DNA of 63,146 bases, counting the filler, from Octopus bimaculoides (Eukaryota), in the NCBI RefSeq assembly GCF_001194135.2. It is 4 parts of 4 records of this genome, joined end to end, with 100 filler letters (N's around TTAATTAATTAA, not from the genome) between each part and the next. Parts side by side here need not be neighbours in the genome. Positions count along the whole stretch, not along the records: positions 43,640 to 60,867 come from NC_068996.1; positions 60,968 to 63,146 come from NW_026370270.1; 2 more parts are not named here. The stretch is one strand, 5' to 3'. The notes beneath the pieces were generated by a model. That model was not told where the DNA came from. It searched no databases and saw only the letters and a program-made list of their open reading frames with translations. This document shows, in pieces, positions 50,855 through 63,146 of this stretch. The position numbers and the translations under genes were made by a program. Positions within the stretch are counted from its first letter, which is position 1. Each line of letters opens with the position of its first letter.

Positions 50855-51194
50855 GTTAAATCAGTAGTATCATTTCCAGTCGTGTTTGTTTATTTGTTTG
50901 TCCGTGGACAAGATATCTCAAGAAGCGCAGGATGGTTTCGAATGAAACTTTCAAGAATGTTTGGCCTCGTGACTGGCACAAACTGATTAGCTTTGGGATG
51001 GATTCGGTACCGGACAAGGATTCTGGATTATTTTTCCGGTATTTTTACTTAATTCTTGACAACGGTTGGCTTCATTTTTAGTATTCTCGTTTGTGAGAGC
51101 AGTCGAGTTTATTTCAGATATTCTCATTTTAAAGAACATCTCCGGCTAATTGTTGGTGTTGTCTTGGTGGACGTTGCGCTTTCTGAGTGCTCTT
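50855..51194 (+). mobile_element. Helentron-derived non-autonomous element (HINE/DINE-like)
   Basis: gtttgtttatttgtttgtcc near one end, gatatctcaagaagcgcaggatgg...gaatgaaacttt body, ttggtggacgttgcgctttctgagtgctctt end; architecture recalled from HINE-type repeats, not searched. Confidence 0.5.
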
Positions 51195-51664
51195 ATCCAT
51201 AGTTTCATATAATATCCTATCTGGTATGAAACATATCTTAGATACCTGCTCTCTCTCTTGCGCTTCATATGTTAATCTTTTATATATATATATATATNNN
51301 NNNNNNNNNNNNNNNNNNNNNNNNNNNNNNNNNNNNNNNNNNNNNNNNNNNNNNNNNNNNNNNNNNNNNNNNNNNNNNNNNNNNNNNNNNNNNNNNNNAT
51401 ATATATAAATTTTACTAAATAAGTTGGAACTTGCATAATGAAATTATATTAGAATTTAGCGCATCATCAGTCATGTTTTTTGTGTTCGAAGTCCTACTCG
51501 TTTTCTGATGGTGACAAAATTTTCTTTGTTTTTTTTTATTGAAAATGTATATAAAATATAACCCGTGGTCTAGGGAGAGTCATTATGCCAATAACAACAC
51601 ACTCATTTACACACATACAAACACACACACGCACGCACGCACACATACACACACACATATATAC

Positions 51665-51822
51665 ATATGTGGCTGTGTGGTAAGAAACTTGTTTCCTAAC
51701 CACATTGTTCCGGGTTCAGTCCTACTACATGGCACCTTCAACAAGTATCTTCTACTATAGCTTCGGACTGACCAAATCCTTGTGAATAGATTTCGTTGAC
51801 GGAAACTGAAAGAAGCCTGTCG

Positions 51823-51897
<75 letters not shown>
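51665..51897 (+). mobile_element. SINE-C 5' arm followed by (TG)n
   Basis: gtggctgtgtggtaagaaac...gacggaaactgaaagaagcctgtcgtatatatatgtgtg. Confidence 0.85.
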
Positions 51898-51900
<3 letters not shown>

Positions 51901-52559
51901 ACACGACCACTAAGTGGACAGTTAATGTGCTAGAAGAAGATCACATGTAATGTGTCTACTAAGACCTAATANNNNNNNNNNNNNNNNNNNNNNNNNNNNN
52001 NNNNNNNNNNNNNNNNNNNNNNNNNNNNNNNNNNNNNNNNNNNNNNNNNNNNNNNNNNNNNNNNNNNNNNNNNNNNNNNNNNNNNNNNNNNNNNNNNNNN
52101 NNNNNNNNNNNNNNNNNNNNNNNNNNNNNNNNNNNNNNNNNNNNNNNNNNNNNNNNNNNNNNNNNNNNNNNNNNNNNNNNNNNNNNNNNNNNNNNNNNNN
52201 NNNNNNNNNNNNNNNNNNNNNNNNNNNNNNNNNNNNNNNNNNNNNNNNNNNNNNNNNNNNNNNNNNNNNNNNNNNNNNNNNNNNNNNNNNNNNNNNNNNN
52301 NNNNNNNNNNNNNNNNNNNNNNNNNNNNNNNNNNNNNNNNNNNNNNNNNNNNNNNNNNNNNNNNNNNNNNNNNNNNNNNNNNNNNNNNNNNNNNNNNNNN
52401 NNNNNNNNNNNNNNNNNNNNNNNNNNNNNNNNNNNNNNNNNNNNNNNNNNNNNNNNNNNNNNNNNNNNNNNNNNNNNNNNNNNNNNNNNNNNNNNNNNNN
52501 NNNNNNNNNNNNNNNNNNNNNNNNNNNNNNATGACTGAAACAGATGAAAGAGAAAAGAT

Positions 52560-52915
52560 TATGACTGTGTGTTAAGTAGCTTGCTTCTAAATCACATGGT
52601 ACCGGGTTCAGTCCCACTGCGTGGCATCTTGGGCAAATGTCTTTTACTATAGTCTCGGACCGACCAAAGTCTTGTGAGTGAATTTGGTAGACGGAAACTG
52701 AAAGAAGCCTATCGTATATATATATATATATATACGATGCTGGTGTGTTTACGTCCTCGTAAATTAGCAGTTCGGCAAAAGAACGCGATAGAATAAGTAC
52801 TAGGCTTACAAAGAATATGTTCTGCGGTCGATCTGTTCGACTAAAGGCGGTTCTCCAGCATGGCCGCATTCAAACGACTGAAAGAAGTAAAAGAAAAAAA
52901 AAGAATAAAAGAATA
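52560..52915 (+). mobile_element. Near-full SINE-C with internal (TA)n and A-rich tail
   Basis: Both arms present; tail gtaaaagaaaaaaaaagaataaaagaata. Confidence 0.9.
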
Positions 52916-53268
52916 TATATTTGAAAAGGGAAAAGAATGACTTCACTGGTAATTCTAATCAATTTAATTTTCTAATAATATAATTTTACAGTTTGGTTTT
53001 TAAATCTAGCTGTTTTGAATGTTTCAGAACTGAAATATTAATTCCTTATTAAGAATTTGTATACATTGCTTCTTCTTCAATTACCTCCGGACTTTTCTCA
53101 TATCTAATTTGGTATATTTTGTCATAGAACAATGCATTATTTCCCTATTCATACCATTTACCTCTTTCAGTTTGTGATAAGGTGTTACGGTTTTATGTTG
53201 CGCATTATACTCTATGAAACGAGTTTCTGTTCACCTTAAAATGAAGGCAGAACACTTTGTTAGCTCTC

Positions 53269-53272
<4 letters not shown>

Positions 53273-53340
<68 letters not shown>

Positions 53341-53341
53341 C

Positions 53342-53375
<34 letters not shown>

Positions 53376-53390
53376 CTCTCTCTCCCTCTC
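53273..53390. repeat. (CT)n microsatellite
   Basis: Direct reading. Confidence 0.95.
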
Positions 53391-54155
53391 TCAGTAGACA
53401 ACAATATAAAACAAAGTTGGTTTTCCTCTCTTAAGGTACTCCTTTTCTCTAACAAGGTTTGCATCTCTCACTTGATGTATGTTGTACCACTTCATCGCAT
53501 TTACATTTAGCCATAGACAGTATGATAAATTTTCTCGACTTTGCCACAAGGGAACATCTTTACTGCAGATAATGTGTATTTTTATCCTTTAACATTTTGC
53601 CTCTATCTTTAAAGCACATCTTTATAAGCATATATTCACATATATATTCATAGGTATATGTTTATAATCTTTCTCCTTGGTATATTTAAATCCCTGCATT
53701 TTAACCTTATCTGAAATGTGTCATACACTTAAACCGCTATCTTATAGTTTTTATTTGCAGTTTTATGAAGATTTAAACATCCAAGTGGCTTCAACAAGGA
53801 TTAATTCTGAAGTTAGGATTTATCAAAAAAAAAAATGTTTTTCTTGATTGATTTGGTAATTTCAGGAGAAATTATTTTGATACATATTTTTGTAAATCTT
53901 AATATAAGATTTCTCTGAAAAGAAAATATATTTTAGTCATAACTGAAATTAACATTTAACTTTATATGCTTCAAGAATGAATGGATAGAAATTATTAATA
54001 AGAAATTGATATTTCAGTTCCGAAACATTTAAAACAACTAGATCTAAAAACCAAAGTGTAAAATCATATTATCAGAAAGTTAAATTGATTAGAACTACCA
54101 GTGAACTCATTCTTTCTTCCTTTTCCCTTTTACCAAGGATTCCACACATTTTCCA

Positions 54156-54191
<36 letters not shown>

Positions 54192-54985
54192 NNNNNNNNN
54201 NNNNNNNNNNNNNNNNNNNNNNNNNNNNNNNNNNNNNNNNNNNNNNNNNNNNNNNNNNNNNNNNNNNNNNNNNNNNNNNNNNNNNNNNNNNNNNNNNNNN
54301 NNNNNNNNNNNNNNNNNNNNNNNNNNNNNNNNNNNNNNNNNNNNNNNNNNNNNNNNNNNNNNNNNNNNNNNNNNNNNNNNNNNNNNNNNNNNNNNNNNNN
54401 NNNNNNNNNNNNNNNNNTATATATATATTCATTCACATCCGTAAATATGCACAGACACACATACACACACACACACACCTGGTAACACAAAAAATATCTA
54501 CAAGAAATATAAAAATTCATTGAAATATGATATTACTGAATGTAAATATAAATATTTGTTTTTATTTCGTGCATTTTCTTCCAGTCTTACTTTTAGTTTT
54601 TAACCACAATATGTTTTAGTAACGTGTTTTTTTTAATCTTTTGTAAGCTGGTAGCTGTTTTTCGTTCATATATGTTAATGCTATTACGTGTACGTTTTTT
54701 TTTTATCAGTTTTTTTTTTTTTTATCTCATACGTGTTTTTGTGAGTGTTTGCGCTTCTGATTGTGCGTGCGTCTGTGTAAATGTGCATGTGTGCGTGTAA
54801 TTACTGCTTAGATCGTGATGTAAAATTGCATTTTGACAATTGACTTGTAACTCGAACCACATTTTTTTTAAGGAAGTTTTTCAAGTTAGTCCTGTTTTTC
54901 CCCTTCTTTGATCGTATGAAAGCAAAATATAAGCGAAGCCAAACAAAGGTTGGAAGTAAACACACACACACACACACATGCCATA

Positions 54986-55017
<32 letters not shown>

Positions 55018-55879
55018 ACAGACACACGCGCACAAACACACATACACACACATACATATATCAGTGTCTACAGAAAAGCCGATTATCATTGACACCACCA
55101 AGGAATGTCCACGTTTTGGCGCTGAAATTTTTCGGGCCGCAACGTAACGCAACACAATTTTCCTTTCTCCCTATCATTCATGCAACCACAGCGCCAAATC
55201 AGGGTCAGCTACAACCAAGCTGCATTGTGCTTTGCTAAATTAATTATTTGTTTAACGTTTATTCATTGGCTGTCTTGTATCTGCTTATTGACACAACATT
55301 CATATCTTTCTTTACTAAAGTTGTTCTCTCCACTCTATATATTGCTAATTGATATCTAAAATCGCTAAAGATGTTTTTGATGTACTTCGGTGGGTGCACT
55401 TGAATTTGAAATCGATCAACTATTTTTGGTCTTACGTAAGTTAGATTTCTTGTTCCTATGGAATTGGCCTTTAAGCCGTCACTACTATTACTGCTGTTGT
55501 AGTACCAGCGGGTGTTTATCCTGCATGCATTTCGCATAGGTTTTTAAAATGAATTTCTTCTGCTGTCTGCAGTGTAACACCAGCTCACTCTTCTCTTGGA
55601 AAAACATATTCGTTGGGGAATTTTTTATACAAGGAGCAAAGTCATAAACGTTTATGTAAGAAGTGGTATTCTGCTATTACTCAGTTCATGCTTTATATTT
55701 ACATTGTTCCCTCCTAGGTTCTAAGTATACTTTGATGGAAATATTGTTTCTTCTGCAAATATTTTCGAACGAGTACACACACACACACACGTACGCACGC
55801 ACATATGCGCGCGCGCACACATGTATATTTATTTATTTATTGCCTACAAGAGGCTAAACATAGAAGGGACAAACAAGGA

Positions 55880-56060
55880 CAGACAAAGGGATTAAGTCGA
55901 TTATAGCGACCTCAGTACGTAACTGGTACTTATTTAATCGACCCCGAAAAGATAAAAGACAAAGTCAGCCTTGGCGGAATTTGAACTCAGAACGTAACGG
56001 CAGACGAAATACCACTAAGTATTTCGCCTGGCATGCTAACGATCCTGCTAGCTCACCACC
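55880..56060 (-). mobile_element. SINE-A
   Basis: Match to the family consensus. Confidence 0.85.
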
Positions 56061-56062
56061 TT

Positions 56063-56096
<34 letters not shown>

Positions 56097-56175
56097 NNNN
56101 NNNNNNNNNNNNNNNNNNNNNNNNNNNNNNNNNNNNNNNNNNNNNNNNNNNNNNNNNNNNNNNNNNNNNNNNNNN

Positions 56176-56214
<39 letters not shown>

Positions 56215-57440
56215 AAGAGAGAGAGAGATGTATATATATGTATGTACATATATATATACTCGTGTGTTCCTCTTCAACCTTTTAAATATATATATATCAT
56301 ACTTAAAAGAAATATATCGTTGAAAGCCTGCTAAACTGCGGTATTCGTCTTTGGATAATATGTCTTATTAAAACACAGAAATTTCTTCAGTGACAGAAGC
56401 TTTGATGACATTGCTAAATACGTATTTCTGTCTCTTTCGGCTTCGTCAGTTTCAAGTATTCACTGAGAAAATCGACTGCTAGTGGATATATTAGAAATAA
56501 AGATAAGCCAAAAGGAAGGATAAGGACAATTGGACAGTGTTTAAAAAGATTGTGGTTTTTTCTCGGAAATAAAATATCTAAAACGGATACAATATATTTT
56601 AAACACATTTACCAAAATCAATGTGGAGAGCAGAATACGAGCAAGACATTGTTGTTCTGAATGAGGATAAACATGACTGTTGATAAAGCAACTACGCAAA
56701 ATTAACTTCTGTTAAGTTAAAATAATCTGATGTTTTTTTTTATGCAAAGTATTATGAGAAGGGCTATTTGTAAAATACCATTAAGTGAAGTGCATGGTGC
56801 TGAACTACAAAAGATTGAGAACCACTGCTGTACAGGTTTAATTTTGTTTTTTTCCTTTTTCTTTTTAACCAGTTTTGTTGTAAACGACTAAATGAGAAAG
56901 TGAGTGCAAGTTATCAACCGTCTCGATTTACACAATCGCCACTGACGAAAATCTTTTAATAACATTGCTCAATATCAATAATCACCTATCAATCAACTTA
57001 ATAACTAATAAACCTTTTATTTCTTTTACATTAACTTATTTAGTCAGTAAACTAAGCAACCATTAATGTAATTAACTAGCCGGTCAGTTAACCTAGTAAT
57101 TAAGTAAATACACACTAAATAAATAACTAGTTTCCTTTACTTTTTTTTCTCTTGCTCATTTTTTTCTTTTTCTTTTTGTTATTAAATAATATTACATGTT
57201 GGAACTGGTTTCCAACACAATTCTATAAAAATATAATTAGCCCTGTGAATAAGTGACCTTGTGACCTTCAGAAATAAATTGAGTTGCAATGGAACACATC
57301 CAAACATAGAAAAAAGCAATATAAGGAAACGAAAATAGTATTATTTTGTAATAAATAAAGTCAAGTCTGTGCTGATTATATGTTTGGTACTTGAGGTGAA
57401 ATTCAGATGCGGGGCATAAAGAATATTGTTGTTTACATTA

Positions 57441-57485
<45 letters not shown>

Positions 57486-57494
57486 TGTTAGTAT

Positions 57495-57632
57495 GCTGGA
57501 CAAAGTGGTTTGCGGCGTTTTATCTCTGTTTACGTTCTGTGTTCAAATCCTGCTGAGCTCGACTTGGCCTTTTTATTCTTTCAAAGTCGATAAAAAAAAA
57601 AAGTACCAGCTCAGCACTGGGGTCGATGTAAC
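57495..57632 (+). mobile_element. SINE-A, partial
   Basis: ttacgttctgtgttcaaatcctgctgagctcgacttggcc...cagcactggggtcgatg. Confidence 0.75.
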
Positions 57633-58107
57633 CGTCTTGCGCAACNNNNNNNNNNNNNNNNNNNNNNNNNNNNNNNNNNNNNNNNNNNNNNNNNNNNNNN
57701 NNNNNNNNNNNNNNNNNNNNNNNNNNNNNNNNNNNNNNNNNNNNNNNNNNNNNNNNNNNNNNNNNNNNNNNNNNNNNNNNNNNNNNNNNNNNNNNNNNNN
57801 NNNNNNNNNNNNNNNNNNNNNNNNNNNNNNNNNNNNNNNNNNNNNNNNNNNNNNNNNNNNNNNNNNNNNNNNNNNNNNNNNNNNNNNNNNNNNNNNNNNN
57901 NNNNNNNNNNNNNNNNNNNNNNNNNNNNNNNNNNNNNNNNNNNNNNNNNNNNNNNNNNNNNNNNNNNNNNNNNNNNNNNNNNNNNNNNNNNNNNNNNNNN
58001 NNNNNNNNNNNNNNNNNNNNNNNNNNNNNNNNNNNNNNNNNNNNNNNNNNNNNNNNNNNNNNNGTGGGGTAAAACACAGACCCAAAGACATACTCTCATT
58101 AACATAT

Positions 58108-58149
<42 letters not shown>

Positions 58150-58151
<2 letters not shown>

Positions 58152-58295
58152 TACGGGCTTCCTTCAGTTTCCATCTAACTTAGTCACTCACAAGGTTTTG
58201 ATCAGCCTAAGGCTATAGTAGAAGACACTTGCCCAAAGTGGCACACAGTGAGACTGAACCTAGAACCATGTGGTTGAGAAGCAAGCTTCTTACCT
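58150..58295 (-). mobile_element. SINE-C 5' arm
   Basis: ctacgggcttccttcagtttcc...agcaagcttcttacctcacagtcac. Confidence 0.8.
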
Positions 58296-58393
58296 CACAG
58301 TCACAGTATATACTATTTATTTATGTATATATGTGTGTGTGTGTATGTGTGTGTGTGTGCGCGCGCGCGTGTATATAGATGTATAGATACTAC

Positions 58394-58555
58394 AGGCGTG
58401 GCTGTGTGGTAAGAAGCTTGCTCCCCAACCACATGGTTCCGGGTTCTGTCCTACTGCGTGGCACCTTGGGCAAGTGTTTTCAACTATAGCCTCGGGCCGA
58501 CCAAAGCCTTGTGAGTGGATTTGGTAGACGGAAACTGAAAGAAGCCCAGCGTATA
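58394..58555 (+). mobile_element. SINE-C 5' arm
   Basis: caggcgtggctgtgtggtaagaagcttgctccccaaccacatgg...gacggaaactgaaagaagccc. Confidence 0.9.
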
Positions 58556-58644
58556 ATATATATTGTTATGACAACTGCCCCATGAATGGGAGCATGAAAC
58601 CATGAATAACAGTTCTGAGATAATTTTGCTGTTTTAATGAAAAC

Positions 58645-58707
<63 letters not shown>

Positions 58708-58763
58708 ATAGAAAAGGTAAGTACTTGCCTATATTAATGGTCACTTCGGGTGAGTAGGAGAGT

Positions 58764-59875
58764 GTGAACCTACTCGATATGTTAGGCAAGACTTTTCCTG
58801 ACGTACACTTCGCAATTTACAAAGATGATGCCTTAGCTTTAACCACTAATACCAATGGACCAGCACAGAATCGGTTTAGGAAAGATATTATCCATTTGAT
58901 GAAAACCTTCGATCTTAGCATAATAACAGATACCAACCTAACGGTTGTCAATTACCTAGATGTGTCCCTAGATCTAAATAAGAATATTCATAAACCTTAT
59001 AGGAAGCCCAACGATAGACTTAGTTATATCATTGTGGGTTCCAGCCAATCCCCTATAGTGTTTAAAAATTTAGTTAAAAACATTAGTAAAAGAATTTCTA
59101 GCCTCTCCTCTGATAGGGACATTTTTAATTGTGTTGCCCCAGTATATAATAAGGCTCTAAAAGATAGTGGTTTTAACGAGGAATTAACCTATACACCTGC
59201 CAACAGTCCAGTAATAAAGAAAAGAAAGCATAGGAATAGGAAAACTATCTGGTTCACACACCCCTATTCACCCGAAGTGACCTTTAATATAGGCAAGTAC
59301 TTCTTGGCACTGATAGACAGACACTTTTCAGTCAACCATAGTTATAGAAAGATCTTCAACAGACAACTTAAAAATCAGTTTCAGCTCAACTGCTAATTTA
59401 AAAAATATAATCGCACACAACACACAAAAACCACAAAATGAAACCAGCTGTTGATGCAGGGATAAAAATTTGTGCCCGCTAAATGGAGCTTTCATGTCCG
59501 AAACCATCATTTATGAGGCCACCGTGAACTCTATATCCACTAAAGACACAGTTTCGACGAAGAAATACGTGGGCCTTACGGAGGGTAATTTCAAGGCCAG
59601 ATTCAATAATCACACTTTGAGTTTCAGGCACTGGGACAAAAGGAAACTGACCAAATTATCCAGTCATATATGGTCTTTAAAAGAAAGGTATCAGTTACAA
59701 CATCCATTGGAAGATCTTAGCCAAGTGTAAACCTTACACCAGCGGCAGCGGAAGGTACGGTCTATGTGATATGGAGAGATGGCTCATCTGGAAAGGCAGC
59801 TTAGACCCCGCCACATGTCTAAATTCAAAGACTGACTTTTCGGAACATGTCCACACGTGGCTAAATATTTGCTAC
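58764..59875 (+). mobile_element. 5'-truncated Penelope-like element (Naiad-type): partial RT plus GIY-YIG, frameshifted
   Basis: IYKDDAL; YLDVSLDL; PYRKPND; IWFTHPYS; C*CRDKNLCPLNG; YVGLTEGNFKARFNNHTLSF; frameshifts near 59365 and 59695. Confidence 0.9.
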
Positions 59876-60634
59876 ATTTTTGGTCCCCCTGAATTTACTG
59901 ATAGGACTTGCATTCTATATTGTGTCTATGTATAAGCTTTTTATCTCTCTATACTTTTTACTTAGATTTCTTATATATTTTTATATTTTTTACATAATTA
60001 TAGAGTTAATGTTTTGTATTTTTCCACACATATTTTTCTGTTTTTTCCCCTCCACCCTGCTTTTTCCTGTGCGTCTATAGACACGTACATGGAACCTTAT
60101 GTGCGCGCTTGTGGATGTGTGCGTGTGCGCGGGTACGTGCGAATATAGATAGATGTATGTGCGAGTATACGAAAATATGCGCATATAGACGCGTTTTAAT
60201 CTTATAGCTTTTTCACACTTTCTTCTGTATTTTGCTTTTAGCCCTATGATGATTTTTTTCTGCATGCGGGTGTATGGGTGCGAGGTTGTTGAGTACGTGT
60301 NNNNNNNNNNNNNNNNNNNNNNNNNNNNNNNNNNNNNNNNNNNNNNNNACGTGTATGTGTGGGTGTGTATGCAGGTATACCCATGTATGCGGGTATACTT
60401 ATGTACATATATGTATGGTCTTTGGCGAGTAGGTGGGTGAGCATGTGTGTGTTTCAAGCGAGGGTGGTTTAGTATATACATATATGCGAATGTACGGATT
60501 GGTTCGCTTATGCGAACACTATAGACTTTTCTACTCCCTTACCTTTACTCCCTCCCCTTAGCGGTCTATAGCTTTTTTGTCTTAATAACGGTCAACCACA
60601 CACTAATTTCCCTTTGTTTAACGGNNNNNNNNNN

Positions 60635-60867
60635 TTTTCACACTTTCTTCTGTATTTTGCTTTTAGCCCTATGATGATTTTTTTCTGCATGCGGGTGTAT
60701 GGGTGCGAGGTTGTTGAGTACGTGTATGTGTGGGTGTGTATGCAGGTATACCCATGTATGCGGGTATACTTATGTACATATATGTATGGTCTTTGGCGAG
60801 TAGGTGGGTGAGCATGTGTGTGTTTCAAGCGAGGGTGGTTTAGTATATACATATATGCGAATGTACG
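60635..60867. other. Near-identical copy of about 60209-60497 next to gaps, probably an assembly duplication
   Basis: Sequences match where unmasked; flanked by a 10-N gap and a linker. Confidence 0.75.
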
Positions 60868-60967
60868 NNNNNNNNNNNNNNNNNNNNNNNNNNNNNNNNN
60901 NNNNNNNNNNNTTAATTAATTAANNNNNNNNNNNNNNNNNNNNNNNNNNNNNNNNNNNNNNNNNNNN
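60868..60967. other. Artificial scaffold-join linker
   Basis: N44-TTAATTAATTAA-N44. Confidence 0.95.
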
Positions 60968-61189
60968 TGACGCCATCAAAAACACCACCTAAAGCAAAAC
61001 ATATATAATGGACTAGAGAGGATTATAGAGATGTGTTGAAAGATTTCTATACATCCCAACTAAACCCAAACAATAATGTTATTGTACAAACATACATTTC
61101 ATGGACAAACTTAGTAGGCAACTAAGTATGCAACTATATAGATGCAGATAAATTAAATAATGTGCGTAGAAATAGTATTAAGAATAAAT

Positions 61190-63146
61190 GTTTAACTGAC
61201 GCAGAAATTAGCCAAATTAGGCCATAAATATCTCATGGTACACCAAATAAAAACAGTAACAATGCAGATGAAATACGTAACATGCACAGAACCCAGTGTA
61301 AGAGTAGTACATCCCAACGAGGAAGCTGAAGAAAGAATAGCGAAGAACAGATATGCAGAAAAAGAGGAGAAAGTAGACCTACATGAAAAACACCAGAATA
61401 GATATGACGCAGAATTTGAGGCGAATGAAGAGAAGATCGTAGAAGCAAAAGAAGATATTATGAGAGAACTCACCAAGACTGAATTTACTATCATGATCAA
61501 TAGAGAACCACTAACAAAGGTCTCAAACAGCATAAAATATAACAACAGAATGATAATATATGATGTTGCCCTTAGACAAATCTCAAGAAATAAGGGAAAA
61601 GACCTAACAACTTTAAATAACCTAATCTATTCCACTGCTAAAGTTGTAACTCTTCATCTAGGTATCAGGACGACACAGAAAAGGACCAACCATGCCAATA
61701 GATCACTAAAGTAGAAAGTAGCGATATAGAAAGAGATCGAATTTTTGCGGCCGGATGTATCATTTCTCGACGAACTTGCAGGAAGAGTAACTGTTAAGAC
61801 GAAAGAAACTAGAAAAATCTATCAAAAATATAAAATCAAAGATTTTATAACCTTCCCTGCAACCAAGAAAATAGTGGAACAACGATTATACCGGAAAGCC
61901 CAACGGCTCAGAAGGTATGACAAAAGAATCAAATTTTATCGATAAAACAATGTACTCAAGAAGGATGCAAAGAAATTTTATATGGAAATTGGCAAAAGCA
62001 AGATAGAAGTAAAGAAGCCACCTAAGACTGAGGAAATGGTAGAGTTCTGGAAGAAGATATGGATCAACAAGAAAGAATATAATAATGAAGATCACTGGAT
62101 AGAACGTGAGAAAGTGTGACGATGAAGTTGAAGAGTGGAAATGGGAGGCAATAGGCGTAGAAGTGCTAAGATGTGTTCTTAGATAGCCTCACAAATGGAA
62201 AACTCCAGGACTAGACCGTATCTCTAACTTCTGGCTGAATTGTTTGACAGAAGTACACCATCATTTTGCTGCATCGGTAACTGATGTCATCCAGAACTAA
62301 GAGCACATACCTGCCTGGCTGACCGAAGGAACAACATACCTTCTACAAAAACCTGAAGACACGAAAGATCCAAAGAACTACTGCACAATAACATATCCCA
62401 ACACCACCTACAACATCCTCATATCGATACTAACTGAAAGAATGTACACTTTACTTGAACAGAACTCTATCCTTCCACAAGCTCAAAAGGGTTGTAAAAA
62501 AAATTCTGATCAATGCAAAGATCAGTTACTCATAAATAAAATAGTTGTAGAAAGTTGCTGGAGCAAAAAGAAAAACCGGAGCATGGCATGGATAGACTAC
62601 AGAAAAGTGTTTGTTAGTGCCCCATATAATTGGCTACTCAAGGCTCTTGAGATGTATACGATCTCTCCTGTCGTTTCCAAATTTTATAAAGTAGCATGGC
62701 CATGTAGAATACACGTCTCCTTCTACACAATAGTAAAGGGATGAGTCGATCTAACAACATCAACATCAAACCAGGCATCTTTCAAGGTGACTCCCTCTCC
62801 CCATTACTCTTTTGTATTGCACTGATCCCACTCTCGAACGAACTGAGAAATATCAGGCATAGTTTCAAAGTGTATAATATTATAGTAAACCATCTGTTTT
62901 ATATGGACAATCTGAAGCTGTTTGCTAGAAATGACAAAGAGCTAGTAGGGCTGTTAACAACCGTTAAAGAGTTCTGCAATGACATCGGAATGTAAGGGAC
63001 AAGCTTCAGCAAGCAGTTTACATTAAATTAAATACTACCGACACTACTATCAAGGAGCATCACCTACAAGAAAACTATACATACCCAGGGATAAATAAAG
63101 GAGATGGTATACAACATGCTACTATGAAGGAAAAAATAAGAAAGGA
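61190..63146 (+). mobile_element. Decayed R4/Dong-clade non-LTR retrotransposon, pre-RT and RT region, continuing off the window
   Basis: KAQRLRRYDKR; FWKKIW; KWKTPGLDRISNFWL; WLTEGTTYLL; QKGCKKNSDQCKDQLLINK; MAWIDYRK; GIFQGDSLSPLLFCIALIPLS; HLFYMDNLKLFA; multiple stops and frameshifts. Confidence 0.85.

Noticed and set aside
56330-56830. hAT right TIR ttgagaaccactg (about 56816-56828) with a possible transposase remnant upstream
   Set aside because: No left TIR found and the protein similarity is too weak.

Overview
This is eukaryotic, AT-rich, repeat-dominated DNA from a gappy draft assembly. The tRNA-derived SINE families and heavy microsatellite load point to an octopus genome (inference, no search run). 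I could not recognise any host protein-coding exon, rRNA, genuine tRNA or CRISPR array; most of the listed ORFs are microsatellite or N-gap artefacts. Retroelement content: at least four SINE families (labelled A, B, C, E here), decayed LINE fragments of the RTE, Tx1/L1 and R4/Dong clades, and two GIY-YIG Penelope-like elements of Naiad type. DNA-transposon content: Tigger/pogo, mariner, a maT-like Tc1/mariner, a Tc1 with DD36E (Incomer-like) spacing, and several MITEs. Three 100-bp N44-TTAATTAATTAA-N44 linkers mark artificial scaffold joins. Most interesting observations: (1) a Naiad-like frame that is open for about 965 bp apart from two TGA codons, one at the first Cys of the endonuclease CxxC motif (possible selenocysteine); (2) a ~330-bp tandem-repeat family present at two loci 18 kb apart, with an internal hairpin and hints of coding ancestry; (3) a 735-bp foldback palindrome; (4) the DD36E-type transposase; (5) a SINE family with a hypervariable internal microsatellite. 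SINE and fragment boundaries are approximate (about +/-10-20 bp), and all alignments were done by eye.
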